Origin: Patescibacteria group bacterium
GTDB lineage: Bacteria > Patescibacteriota > Microgenomatia > UBA10105 > UBA927
Direction of reading: 5' to 3'
Length of the DNA: 64,000 nucleotides
NCBI GenBank assembly: GCA_035510735.1
Contig: DATKGN010000008.1
Coordinates: 76,466-140,465 of the forward strand
Positions 39,901-54,900 of this stretch are shown here, piece after piece; within the stretch, counting starts at the first letter, position 1, and every line of letters begins with the position of its first letter. The notes beneath the pieces are model-generated. The model was not told the DNA's origin, did not search any database, and saw only the letters and a list, made by a program, of their open reading frames with translations. Both the position numbers and the translations under genes were made by a program.

Positions 39901-42900
39901 ATGGATCAATTTTAAACGTTGGTGCTAACCGGACTCCGGGCCTTGCTGGTTTTGCTTTTTTCACCGACGTTTTTGCGTTAGTAGTTTTTACCTCAACTGC
40001 TTGTTTAAGTGTCACAGTATTAATCTGAGGAACAAACTGAATATTTCTATATTGGGACAACTGACTCGCAAGTTGGTTCAACGACTTCAACGCACCGGCC
40101 CAATATCGGAAAAATGTGATAATGTTTGGCAAAGAGAGAGATTTTGCTTGTTCTTGTGTTTGCCACTGTACATTTAGCTGTTGGAAACGATTAAAAAGAA
40201 CGGTGACAGCTGCATTTCGAGCAGTTGATTGAACAGTCGTTACTTTCACGATTGCCTTTCTGTTGCGGTAACGTTCAACCAAACCCGCAAGTAGCTGCGA
40301 TCGGAATATCAGCGAACCGAAGGCATCTGATAATTTAAGAAGCGTTCCCGCGAGAAAACCAACAGGAAGAACCGAATTTTGTGCCATCTGCGTCGCGGCT
40401 TGCGCTTCTTCTTTGGTTAGAACAATGGCGATCTGGCTTTTCCCGGGGCCGGGCGCAATTGTGCCGTATTTATTAACAAACTCATCAAACGTAAGCTCGC
40501 TGTAGCGCACCTCTCCGTCGGATTTAATCGTTTTTATCCCGTTTACATTCACTGTGCCATCATCAAGATAATTCGCATCATACACACGATATTTTCCGTC
40601 GGCCGTCTTGTCGGAAAGTAGGAATAGAATATGACCGGGCTCTTTTGAACCTTTGTTATACAGAACAATAAAGTGCCCTAATCCTGCATCCAAATCTGCC
40701 TGTGACTGCACGCGCTGCACGGCATACTGGCCTTTTACATACACAATTCCCGCTGGACTGTTGTTCAAATCATTGCCGACAATCTGCTTTGCAACTGCTC
40801 CACCAATGGTCGAAAAATCATTTATCCCACCAGGAAAATCAGTCAACCCACTTTGCTGCATAATGTTTGCGAATGCAATACATTGCACTTCCTCATTCGA
40901 AAAACCTGTTGAGGTGAAATCCAAAAATGTATACGCACTTGTTCCTTCTAATTTATCTGCCATATCGGCAAATCCATTTGCTTTGAGTCCCTGCCGCAAC
41001 GCGTCGCTTGCAGAAATTGCGTTACGTTTTGTTGGATCATTCTGCCAGTCATCAAGAATCTTCATTACTGCTCCGCCGAATTTGTCGACTTGAGAAGTAT
41101 AGACATGCCTATTTATAGAACCAGGGACATTTGCCACCGATAGAGAATTATCCGCGGCAACCTGAACATTGGTTGCAGATTGTGCAACGGGCGCAACTGC
41201 TGATTGAGGAACAACGACCTCTTGCGACACTGAAGCTGGCGGTTGTATCGGTTGTTGGTTCACAGCGGGCGGTGCATTTTGTTGTTGTGAGGTAGAATTA
41301 TTCCCAACCTGCTCATTATTTCCCGCCACAGGATTAACTGCAGAATTGGCCGGGTTAACCGGATTAACCGGGTTAACCTGAGGATTTATGGTGTTTACTG
41401 ATGGTTTTTGCTGCTGTACAACCTGGACATTATTCACCTGAGAAGGAAGGGACGCGCTGTTTCGATTGTTTTGAATCGTTGAAAAATAACCGGCAACAAT
41501 CGCAGCTAATGTGAGCCCGATGAGTAACACGGTTGCTCTCCTTCTGATCATTGGTGCACGGAAGGCAAAATATGCAAGCGTGCCGATGCCCGCGATACCG
41601 GCGAGTATACCCACCGTCGGCAGGGCTGTCATGATAACCGGTGAGATTACGGCTCCAGCCGCCGCTACAGCTGCCGTAATCCGCGCGCCATTACTCTCCA
41701 GTGCTTTTATAATGAAATATGCCGCCGCAGTTACAAGCGGGAAACCGGCAACCGCCGCGATACCACGGAAATGATCTTTTATGAAATTTCCAATAGTATC
41801 GATTGTTGAAGAAATGAATGATGGTGATTGTGAAGTTTTTATAGACGGATTTATCCGTGCACGTTCCGCCGAGATTCGTGCTAGATGTTGAACGTATTGA
41901 TTAGGAGTTACATCTGATCGGTTCGGCGTAAAAATATTTAATAGCCTTAATTTCTCCGTGACAGAAATATCGCTTCTGTCTATGGACTCTATAGCGCGTT
42001 GTGTAATAATCGCTTCGACAACACAATTAGCCATTGACCCTTTACAGGTATCCCCCGTACGTATGGCATACCCGCTCGCAATAGTATCGACGGGAATGGT
42101 CTTTAAGATCTGAGCTATCAAATCTCTCAGTAATTGAGACGACCTGTTTGCGTAATAGACGGGTTGATCTATTTTTTCATTCATAGCACCCATCCATGCA
42201 GTTGTTTTTAATTCTTCAAGATTTTGGAGATATTGTTTCCAGGCGTCTCCTGCTGCTTGCAAATATTTGTCTTTTACGTCTTTGGCACCTGTAGCATTGA
42301 TGATCCGCTGAAGCATCCAGTCGTACGTTTGTCGGGCGGCACCAAAACCTTTGAGTGCATCCGTCCTGTTAGTCGCTATCATCTGATCGTTCGCATTATC
42401 AGAGAGGAATTGTGTCTCACGCGCAACCTGTTCCCGGTTTTGAATTGTGGTCTCTGCTTCATCAACGAGCGCCATAAATGATGCATATCGGCTGTCAGAC
42501 GGGAGTATTTCTCCGGATAAACCGTTCTCGAGGTTGAGAATCCTCGCGTCATTTGCACCGAGAACTTCTTTCAAATCGTCCAATGATATGTATTGTCTCG
42601 TTGCTCCCCATGACCGTATCTGATCCTTTCCCTTGCTTACAGGGATAAGCCGGCCAACCCTCCCCCTGATTTGTTCGAGTGTGCTACTCTTTTGAAGCCC
42701 GCTGATGAGCTCAAAAAATCCTCCCGCCTCCCGGACCTGCTGGTCGGGCTGGAAATCAACACCACGGCCGATATTCGCAGTACCTACGGCAATATTCCCC
42801 GATGTGCCTGCTCTTGCAATATTTTCAGCTTTATCTCCGCCCGCGCGTTCGGATATAAAGATGGCATTCGCAAAAGCTGCAGTACTGCGAAGAGCGCTTA

Positions 42901-45900
42901 AGGCTCCTTCATTTTTAACTGCAACTAATACTGCCCTGTGTTGTGCCCGAATCGATTGTGAATCCTGACCCAATGCTTGTTCTTTCGCGCTATCTGTGAT
43001 GAACAGTCGTGGGGAGTAATCAACTCTGTCTTTTTCAAGGATAACCCATGCACCCGACTGCTTATGGACGACGCTATATATCCACTGCTTGCTTGCCTGG
43101 TCATATAACTGAACTAACAAATACTCAGGATTATTCTGATTTTGTTTTGCCATGGATATATAGAGCGGGAAAGGAATCGCTTTCGGAATCAATCCATAGT
43201 ATGTCTCAAGCTCATTCCCCTCCTGAAATGCAGTCGCGGTAAATATGACGACCGATCCCGCCTCTCTCACGAACGTCATGGTGGTCTGTAAATCAAACGT
43301 CGTATCGCTTATCTGGGTAAAATTTTGCGTCCGCCCATGCTTCGCTTCAAGCGCCCATTGGAGGCCACTTTGGAACTTTTTGTCAGCGTCCGTTATCTGT
43401 TCATCATCGAGTATCGTAATTTCCCCGGTCGTCTGATCGTAAAGGTAATCTACCCCCTCTTTCATAAGCGAAGCCTCACGGGCAAATTCGACGTAGCCTG
43501 CAAACGTGTCATCTGACATTCCGGTTGGTTGCAGTATGGATAACTCGGCAATTGCTTTCGGCGTGAGCGATGATAAGGTAATATCCTCAGGATCAAACGT
43601 ATAATAATCCCGATTCCCTGCCCATCCCTGCATTTTACCGGCAAGAGCTGACAATACATTCATCTCTATAGTGCTCAAATTTTCCGCTTCAGCGGCTTGC
43701 CCGGTACGTACTATCGGTGTTAACGCCTCTTGTAATACACTTTTATCGCCCTCATCAGGAATCAGCGTATAATCGGCCAAAGGAATGTTGACGCCGCTTT
43801 GCAACGCAAGAGAGTAGGCTTGCGCGATATCAGTTAATTTTCCGTAAATAATCGGCACATTAGGAGTGAGGTATTGTCCTTTATCCACAACTCCGGACGG
43901 CACACCAAACACGGAGAACAGATCCGAAACGTCATGTAAGTCCCGTGTAGCTAAATCGACGTTCGCTGAACTGACCAAGACTCCTGACTGGAATAATGAG
44001 CGCACTAACGCGACACAGGCAGCAGCATATGTTTTACCTGTTCCTGTCGGCAGCTGTACTGCGATATGATCGGAAGCTATCGCATCATAAATAGCAAATA
44101 GTTGAGCATCCGTAAACGATTTCCCTTTATTCGCCTGTAACACTAAATCGAAAAGTGCGACGGCACGGATTATCCGCGTATTTTTTTCGCTACCCGAAAC
44201 GTGCTTACCGGTTTTCATAACTTCATTCATAAATTCCGAGACCAGGAATTTAACCGGTCTTCCTGATTTGGTAATGCGCGCCTCTTCAGCCGCAATGGCA
44301 TCAGTAAACGTCAACTCTCCTGAATACTCGGTCCGTATAAACTTCACCATGTCGTCTTGTTCTTTACGGACGTAATTCACAGACCGGGATACTGATTTGC
44401 CATTTGTCCCCACAGTATCGGTAACGTTCATAGTTACTTTCGGAACAAAGAAATTCCCGATAGTGTGGACAACTGTTGTTACCGAGGTCGCCCGATTACG
44501 GATATCCTCCTGTAATTTTGTTCGAATGGAATCTACTAATGTCTTTACTACACCCTTATCTTCGTGGATCACATACGGTAACTCGTTTTGTACGAAGTCA
44601 TTCGTTTGATTTTTCAGACTCTCTCTCATCAGCGCTAACTCATCCGTAAACAATGAAGGATTGTTGACATGGAGAGCAAAGTTGGTAGAAAGATCCAGTG
44701 TATGGGAGTTGACCTCGCTTAACGGAACAAACAGGCTTCCAACGCCTACTGTCGTTACGGGTAATAAACTCATGTTTTTGGAATCCGGGTTATTCGGCAA
44801 ATAAAACTCTTTCAGAAATATATCGAATGGGACCGTGACTACCTGACGTACTCCTTGTCCGCCGGCTCCGGCAAAATACCTCTGAATCATATCCGTCTCC
44901 CCCATTGCGACTCCGGGGTACTTTTTCTTTAAAGCGTCAAAATTTTCCGAGGAATATAATGTCGTGTCAGCGCCAATTTCATTAGAGAATGAAAAATCCA
45001 TTGCATATCGGGTGCCGTCAATAACCGTTGTTACCACTGCGTGTGCGTCACGAATTGCCAACCACGTTACAGAGGACGGAATACCCATCGTTGATAAATA
45101 CGCCTGTGCAAGGGTTGATTGATCGCCACACGCACCAACCCCTATGGCGTCGGGTATATGATAGGTTTGAGGTGAGCGGGCAGCGGTAGTTTCTGTATAT
45201 GGATCTACTATGGAGATAGCCGCGTGAATTGCATTTAACGCATCAACTTTTTCCTGTGTACTACCCGATTGGAATATTATCTCAATGGCATCCCGTGAAT
45301 AATCTCTTCCTTTGTTTTTACCGATAATTTGGAGCTCCGAATCCAATGCAATTAATATCCCCTTCCATGCTTTGCTCTGCAAATCCTGATCATTCAGAAT
45401 GACATTGGGAAGATTCGGATTTCTTAAATATTTATTTTCATATAATGAATTAGCTACCTGAACATAAATTTTGGACGGATCATTTGTGATATACGCTCCG
45501 GTATCAGCATCATAATATTTCCCGTTATTCTCTATGACATGTTGTCCGAATGGCGTCGTATACACGGGATGATCCTTCTTTAATTGCCCCAGTGAATCAA
45601 CGTTTAATCCATTTGGTGTACTGATAGGTTGTATGGGATTTAACTGTGCATCCGCCAGTGATGGAATATTCGCGATATCGGAAGGTGAATACGTCATAGG
45701 AGTTTGTCGGCTATAGTTTGCAATAAGTGAAAGGAGATTTTTATCAACTCTTGGTGCTGCCTGCACAGATAGTGGCTGGCTATTAGATGAAGCGCCTGTT
45801 GTTGAGTTCGCCAATGAAGCTTGCGATGGATTCGTCTGAAGCGAAAGTTGGTCCAGTTGACCCTGAAGCGTATTTACCTGAACTATTACATTATTTATCG

Positions 45901-48900
45901 TTTTTATATTTACCTGTGAATTGGCATCTATTGCTGGTTGATTATTTAACGAAGCAAAATATTTTTGATTTATTGGTGAGTTCGGTATCGGGTTTCCGGT
46001 CTTATCGACCTCCAAAACCCACGCCGTAATCTTAAACGATTCTTTATTTATAACCTCGAGTGAATCTGGGACGATATTATTGGTCGAATCCGTTGGGGCG
46101 TTTTTCCCTAATATATATCCATTATTTGCAAACCACGGATTTAGGACAGCGGTATTCGGCTTCGATTCATCAAGAGTAAAATAATTACTCGTATATACGA
46201 TCTTCAACCGTTTGTCTGAATTATTAACCACAACATATGGAAACCCCGTTGAAAATGAATAATTGGAAAGATTCCCGTACCACCCCGCTAAAAATGGTTC
46301 ATGATCAAAAGGTTCATGGAGAGCATATCCGGGTTTGACAAATAATCCGTCAATGCCAGTCTGTTCTATTGCGGTCCCCAGTGTTGCCGCATCAGTGCAT
46401 ATGCCAGATCCATTTAGGCCGTTGTACACCACAAAGTGTGTCGGCATTGTTTTTCCGAAAGCAATATTTGCAATATTGACAGATTTTCCTGGTTCAATGA
46501 TTGTCCCGCTAATCCTACTCGAGACATCCGCCACATTACTCAACTTCCCCCATCCTTGTTGACCCCTTTCACCATCATAATATGCCGTAGCGGTTTGTGC
46601 CCTATTCTGCTGGAGGTATGCCATTCCGGTATCAAACGCTGTAGCGATGGTCGCACCTAAATGGGCTGTTTCATAATCCAGAAGAGATGCACCTTCAATG
46701 AAATTAAAATCTCGATGAGACAAGTTATCACCATTTATCGCCATTGATACGCCAAACCGCTGACCGTTCGGAAGTTGAATAATACCGCTGTTGTTCTCCC
46801 GAATCCAGAGATGTGGTGAATCTGTATACGATGAAAATAAGTTAATCGCAAACGGATCCTTTGTTTGAATGGAGGAAAATCCTTTTTGATTGAGTAAATT
46901 ATCGTATCCGCTCCCCTTCGGCACAAAACCACCTCTATAATTTAAAATAGACAATAAATAACCCTGTTCATCCTGATGCGACCACCAATCTGATGTTCGC
47001 AAATCTTCATTAAGAAGCGTCAATGACTGTGTCATTGCCTGAGAAACGGTTGCGTCTTGTATCGGATGTGCATTGTAATATGACCAGAATTTCATAATAT
47101 CTGCCGTAGTTGAAGTATTTGATGTGAGGTCTGTATCAGACATACCGATGGTGGCAAGCAAATTGTTTACTTGGTTACTTACTGAGGATGTAGAAAGATA
47201 TTGTGTTAATTGAGTCGCCACTTTTTGTTCACCTTTTCGTTGGGCAAGCTGTGAATCAATAATTTGTGACACCGTCATCCCGTTAAATCCTTGAGGCGAA
47301 TAGTTTAAAAGATCTTGCCCCGATAATCCTTGTTGCTCCAACAGCGAAATCAGCGCATAGACCTTTACTGTATTTAAATTTGAATCCATGGTCATATGTA
47401 CTGAATCATTCACGCCAAAGATTTTCCCTGTGTTAAGATCAATTACACTTATACTCACAACGGCATGTTTATCATTCGTAAAGTATTTATTCTGAATTTG
47501 TGTAGCTTGACTAGTTAGCGCCGCCTGCAAATTCTGGTAATTCGTCTGGCGGATTTGTTCACCGGTTACCGAACGGGTAGAAACCTCAAGATACTTTTGC
47601 CCAACGTCCGTTGACAAAAACGTATTTATATATTGGGTAATGTGATTAGTGTCCGTTTGATTACCCGACACATAGGATTGAATGGTAGTCGCAACAGTAT
47701 TCATAGTAGCTACATCGTCACTTGAAAATTCTAAATTTGAATAATTTTGTGAAACGCCCTTCAGGTCTGAAGCGAATGACGTAAGGGAAGTATTGAGAAG
47801 TTGCCTCTGCGAGGCAATTTGTTGTGAAATCTGCTCCGAAGGAGAAATATTTTTATTTGACGGTACATTAACCTGAGTATTACCTACATTGGCATTAGTA
47901 ACAGTACTTGGATTAGCCACCACTCCGGTTGTCGTATTCACTTGATTACCGCTTACGGGACTGTTTGCAACAACCGGCTTTGATTCCAACAATTGTTTTG
48001 TTGTATATTTAGCCGCGTCAGGCAATGTTGTATATTCCGGCGGAGCAATGACGGAGAAGAGCGTTGGTGTTATTAAAATACCCGTTGTTACAAACCCTAT
48101 CCAACTTAACAATCCAATGGAGAATGGTACAGCGCTACCAAAAGTCAAAATCGTAAGGGCTACCGAGGCTATTCCAAGAGCAGCAAAAACGTAAGCGCCC
48201 GTGGGGATTGGTCGACGTTGTGGTGCATATGAGGAGAGCGGTTTTGGAAATTGAACCGGCACAACAACATCGTTAGTGTCACCCTTCGCCCGTATCACGA
48301 GTTCATAATTCGTTGCATTTGTACGACGAAGGAGAACGTTGATTTGTGAACCATCCTGCATTTGGACGGTGATTGTGTTATCTACGGTCAACGGCACCCG
48401 ATCATTTCCTATAAACATCTTTATTTGCGGATCGACACCATTTTGAAGTATCTGCGGATCAAAACCGATCTGTAACGAAGAGGCGTAGACATATCGTTTA
48501 AAATCCGAAGGAGATACTATCCAAGACAACTGAATTCCATCCTGAGTTGCTTTCACGAAATGGAGCCTCCATCCAATCGTCTGCATCGGAAGTATATTTG
48601 CAAAAACATAATTTTTGTCACCCCGTGGATGTGTTGCAAGAAGTGCCTGTAGCCCTTCTTGAACGTGGACGGCAAAAAGAAAATGAAGAATTGATTTTGC
48701 CTGTTCTCTTTGAGATGCGGTCGCATATGTCGCCTGGATATCAGCATTCTTTTCAAACGCAGCCAATACAGTATTCCATTGCAATCCGGCAACATCACCC
48801 GTACGCATCGCCTGATCGACAACGCTCCGGACAAAATTATCAAGATAAAGAAGATCTGGATTTTGAGTAAAATCTTCCTCTTCGGGGCGGAAAAGAACGA

Positions 48901-51900
48901 TTTGTAATTCTTTTGAAAGGTTGCTGTAATCACCTTTCTTGAACAAATTCCATCCGGTTTTTGAAATATAATCATTAACCCTCTGAAACATTGTCAGCTG
49001 AGCGGTTAATTGAGCAGCTTGGGCTGTTTGAGCATTATTGTTTGCTTGTTTTTCTTCAATAGCGGCCAGGACTCTCAGTAATGCATTACGCGTGCTCGCG
49101 ATCCACAAATTCTCATCAACATTTGCACTGGCGAGCACGCCGTCGGCGACACCGTTTTGACGCAAATACTCCCGAAGCGCATTATCAATCTGATCTCTCG
49201 ACCCGGTCGTAATCGCGCTTCTCACTGATGGATCATCAAGAAGGGTACGCTGTAAAGATAAAAGCAAGTCTACATAGTTGATAAATACCGGCCGGCGCGC
49301 GATTTCCAGGGCTGTTACCACCCTATCGATTATTACTTGCTGCGGGGATTTCGAAGCAGCCGCGTGATACAGAATATCTCCGGTTGTCCGCGCCGCCGCG
49401 AGATTAGATTCCAAATACAATGCGGGCAGAAGTGCTGATACGATCGGTGATGTTACAACACGTGCGGCTGCCGATTCATGGACCGCGCGCTCTTTGGCAA
49501 GCGCTTCCGAACCGGCAATCAAGGCTCTGGTGTCATCTGCGGAAATAACTGAAGATGATTGCCATTGAGCCTCGGCGTCAAGTAGCTGTGCTTCCAGCGC
49601 CTGTTTTTGCTGCTCTCTCAGCGTGAGTTGTGCTTGTTGCGCCTGTCGTGTTTCGACAATCGAACGGGCCCGTGTCACCTGCGCAACCACCGTCGGTACA
49701 TCGTGTAAACTGCTCAATTCGTGAGCTATTTGATTCACAATGGATGCATCCCGGGCGTCTGCATTTTGCACCAGCCGTGCTGCAATTGTTTCCCCTGTCA
49801 GGTTCCGCATCGATTCGTCAAGAGGATTACCAATTTCTGCGATAAACTGTTGGATCGCCGCTGTATCAGTAGGGCCAACGATATTCGCAAGGACGAATGC
49901 AGTTTTAGATTCCCCGGGGTTTGTAAGATATTCATTCATTGCGACTTTTAAATCTGCGCGGCTTAGTTTCTGATCGGCATACATACTTACAAGTAACTGA
50001 TCCAAATCCGTAATGACAGCCTCCTGATTCTTTCCGGCAATTGCCTGAGTAAGTAATGTGTCCGTAACGCCAAAATATGTTAGACGCTCTTGGATAGTCT
50101 GACGGATGACTGTATCGCTTGCGCCATTAACATACTGGGTAAGCACGGGACCGGGGCCCAAAATATCCATCATTGCAAGTTCGTTTGCGGCGTGGAGCTC
50201 CTGTTGTTTTTGTTCTGTCCAAAGACCAATAAGCCGGAAAAATAGCAGACGTGTTGCGATTTGTTGTTGATCCGTACCCGTCGTTGTACCGCCATTCGTT
50301 TCGGTCGGACCGGCATTTGATCCTCCGCCGCCCGGCGGCTTAGTTCCTGTTGGTGGGGCACCCCCACCCGGTGGCGAAGAAGGCGATTCGGGATTGGTCG
50401 GCGGCTTTTGATAATTTTCAATTGATTGGATGAGCGCATCTATTGCCTTTGAAGCATTTGCCGGAAACTTGCTGCCCGCGGGCATAAGTGTACGCAACTC
50501 CTGGTAGATAGTTTGTAACGATGACTGTATCGTCTCCGACGATAAATCAGAGCGTAATAACTGGGAAATATCGGAATCTATTTTACCCAATGTTACGGCT
50601 TGTTTCTGCAGCGAATCCAGACTGCCATGCGCTTCATGGTATTCTTGGACCGTCAGGATAGTGTCCAAAAGCCATCCGGCAATGTGTGCACGGGCGTACT
50701 CCTCCGTTGAGGCAAAATTGCTATATTGAAGCGCTTCCCGGACGCCGGTTTGAAATTCTGAAGCATCAGGCTGGTTTTGACCAAAATCTGTATTTATCGA
50801 CTGACCTCTTGAGCCAATGATTGATCCGGCTTTTAAAAGTGCCATTACGTTTGGCCATGGATGCATCATGAGAGAAGCGGAGATGAATGTTACGTTAGAT
50901 AGCGACTGTGCAAACGGACCATACGTCGCCATGATGATGAGCCGGTTAATCTCTTCTGGTGTATATTCTTTGGGCTCGGGTAAGTATGCGTTTTGTATAT
51001 CCTCAAATGCTGTAGTTACCATGTCAGTTCGAAACGTAATCTGATTTGTCAGTATTTCTTGTACATACCGTTCATCCTCTCCCGCCGGCAAATGTAATGA
51101 AGCAACAAATTTCCGTACGTCGTTTTCGTTAAAATTTGCCTCCACTTTGTTGTTTGGGGAAAAGTCCGGTAATCCCTGCGGCACTGCTACCTGCGGCAGG
51201 TTCGTCGTAAGGACAATCATGGCGTTTATCGCCACATCGATATCCCCACGCATAACAGACCAAACCGTGTTGTCCCCGCCGGCCAGACTGATAGCCTGTT
51301 TCAAGAGTGTAAACGCTTCGCCGTATAATTCCTGAGTATTTTTGTCAGAAACCTGATAGAGGATTTGTTTCACCGCCGAGGACTGTGCATATATAGTCGG
51401 CCAATCATACGGTCGATCCGGTGTATGCAGAATGACACTGGCAAATACGCTCGTATTCACTCTCCCCCCATACGTATCAAGCACTCCCAGAACATCCGCG
51501 CGTTTACCACCTGGAGTAAAATCCGTAGTCATATGTTCCAAAGACATACTGTCAGGATATGAAACGCGGAGTGCAGCGATAATGTTGTTCTGCTCCGCCT
51601 GTGACAACAACCCAAATTGGTCATTACGAGCGCTAAGGAGAGCGGCCATCTGATCTCTGATGATTACCTCAGACTGATCGTTATTGAGTATGTCTTGTTT
51701 TCTCCCCCACTCATATTCCGTTACGGCAGCTAAGAGGTTTGCGAATTCACTTGTATTGATGCCGTATTGTTGGGTAATTCGAGCAGTAGATTCAGCAGGG
51801 GTGCTTCCAGCGTTCGCGCCGAGGAGTGAATTGAAGAGTTCATTTTGAACGATTACGTTAACATCAGTAAGATCGATGAAATCATGAAGAGTCGTCGCTT

Positions 51901-54900
51901 TTTTAACTTCTGCTGGCAAGCTCGTATTCTTTTCCAGGGCATTAATGGCAAGCTGAGTCTGGGAAAGCGCCTGGGGAATTTGGTTAATATTCGTGGACCC
52001 GATCACACGCACAAATATCGGCAGCCGGGCAAGGAAATCCGGAAAATTGCCGCTTGCTTTGGCCAATGTATTTATCGCTTGTTGGATACTTTTGAGTTCT
52101 GCAGGCGTGGCTCGCGCGAGATCATTTAGTGATGCAATTGGTATCGTACCGGATAGTAATGCATCAATAAACATCTGCTCAACTTGAGGGTTCCCTTTCC
52201 ATCCTGCAGGCAATCGGGCGAATAATTTACTGGCAACTGTTCTTGCTGTTTGTTCTTCCAACATAGTAACGATGGATTGAAGTTTCGTAAAGCTATATGT
52301 TCCCGTAATAGCATCAACACTACCCAGAGCAATTGCACGCTTCGCTAATGTAACGATTGCTTGTTGTTTTTCATCGATAGCCTTACGCAAAATAGGATCT
52401 ACCGCTGGAACACTCATCGTCGTACCGTCAAAAAGCGTATACATCTGCTCTGGCGCAGCATTCCTTTGCAAGGAATCTAAATTATTCTGGCTTTCGCCGG
52501 TCCGAAAATTCAATCCATCGGCAAGATTGAGCACTGCTGCATTCTTCAGGCTCCACATCCCCATACCGCCAAAATGATAGGTATCCTTTGCCACCGTCTC
52601 AATCGCGCTGATTACCTTGGTACCGATACCCTGATTTGTCTGTTTAGCGACAATCATCGCCAACACCGGTATCGTCTGTTCCCCTGATGTGCCGAGTAAG
52701 TTATTCCGGGTTTCCGTTAATACTGGCGGTAAATTATCCGATCCGACTAAAAATTGATTAGGATTAATAAATGTCAACCCCAACATATCCAATTCGTTAC
52801 TCTTTAGAATATGGATTGCCATCGTATAGGCGTTACCTGTTTTTTGGTATGTAGTTTCCAATTCAGTAGCAGGAATGCGTTCCAGTGCAGATTCTTGATT
52901 TTCATAGAGGATGCCTACATCAGTCATCAATCCCTGCTGATGTAGCTCACGGGTAAGATCCGACGCGAACCTGGTCATCAAGACTAATTCGTGAAAATCG
53001 GTACTCCTTCTCACCGGGTCGATATAGCGATAGTTTTCCAAATAGTCGTCAACCGAAACGCCGTCATCCTTAAGCGCGTTAAGCATATCCAGTGTCGCAG
53101 GCCTGTTGGCTTTTTTGAGCTTATCCAAATCCGCCTGTGCCGTTGCAGCGATATAATGCTGCCAAACATTTTGCCCGTTCTCTCCGACTTTACCCATAAA
53201 ACGGACAACGATCGGTTCATTTGATCCCAAATGTAATCTGACAAAATCACCCGGCTGTATTTGCTCAGAAATATTCTTATCCAAATCTGAACTTATTGGA
53301 ACCTGCTTGTAACTTCCAAACGCAATGCCGGTTTCATCTGCCTTATGAGTACTGACATCAATAATCCCGTTAACGTCCTCACTTCTCCAGGCGGTAAGAA
53401 GCGGATTAAGTGCCGTTCGTTCGGCAGCCACATACGGCACAGCATTGACTGTTGCGGTTCTCCAGGATTGCGGGAGTTCTACTTCGGAGGGCACATAGCG
53501 CTGCCAGGTATTCGTCCCGTCCGATAACGTTCCTGCAAAGAGGAAATAATACGTCAATTCGGACTCGGCAACTGGACGAATGCTTACGACTCCCCCGTTT
53601 TTCTCATCCTGATACTTTTCGATCAATGCGTTTTCCCAATCACGAAGATTTGATGAAGAAATAACAGGATAATCCGTTGTATCATCTGCGCCAAACCCGC
53701 CATCCGTTCCAAGTGAATAATGGCTCTGTCGAACTGCGATTGGTCCTGATTTCACGACGTCGGCAAGCAAGCTGGATAAGCTACCCCGAGTTAGTTTGTT
53801 TTTGGTAGCAGTACTTTTGGCGTAGGTCGTATTGTTGATAGTGATAATCGGAGGTGTAGTCAGCGTATCATTAAGAATTGTTGTGTTGATGAGGGTGATA
53901 TGCGCCTGAATGTGGTCAATAAGTTGTTGAACATTAATCGAAGCCTGGATTATCCCGGTTAAACCGGTTTGGTCGGCAAGTCCGTCCTCAATACCCCTCA
54001 GGAGTTTATCCAGATTCGTAAGTTGGCGGATGGTGATGCCATCGGCGTCGATCTTTGTATCAACGAGAGCGGCAACTTCACCAAGAAGCGACTGGAGACC
54101 CTGAACGCCTTTATCCCCGTTTCTCCAAGCCTTTACCGCTGAGCGAAAATCGCCTTCTAATAGTGGCTGAAGCGTGTCGGTGACTAATGTGTCTGCCGCC
54201 AACGCTAATCCGTCTTTCTGACCCTGTGCAAACTCGCTTTCTAATGTTTGATCGAGGAGCGCCGTGGTCCATGTGGTGTTTTCTGCACCATAGGCGCCCG
54301 TTGAAATAGACGTAAGGAGAACTCCCATAGCCGTAAGATGTTGTTCGATGACTTGAGCGCTTTGCCCGGAATCCGTCATCCTATTGAGACCGGCATACCA
54401 CACAGCATGCAGCGCGTCATCGACGATACCACTTGCGATACGTGCTCGGGCGTCCTGGATGCGCTCTTGAAGCCTTGTCGCCTGTGTTCTGAGACTTGCT
54501 AAGTCCGGATCAGTTGCGACCTGCCCTATGGCAATAGTGACATCCGCAATATTGGGAGCGCTAAACCAACCCTCGGTTATTGATCTTGGCACTGATCGGA
54601 ATATTTCCTCTGTATCAGTTTGTTTCTGTTTGACCTTGTCTAATACTGGTTTGATTATGGCTAATTGATCAGCCACTGTCACATTAATCCACCATGCTTG
54701 AATGGTTGCAGGGATGGGTTTGCCATTAAATTGAGACACATCGGCAATAGCGGTTATCCTTGACACGACAAGCCCATCAGGATCGTCAGCAGCTACAGCA
54801 TCGGTCTGAATTGAATTACGTTCCTGTACGAACGCTGTATTTAATGCCGAAAGCATGCCGATGGCATCGGTATGAAGGCCAACCAGAATATTCTGGAATA

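Noticed and set aside
46600-47500. Calling the segment a bona fide class A beta-lactamase or PBP5
   Set aside because: The N-terminal pattern fits but canonical SxxK and SDN motifs are not present. It is retained only as a low-confidence fold-level suggestion.
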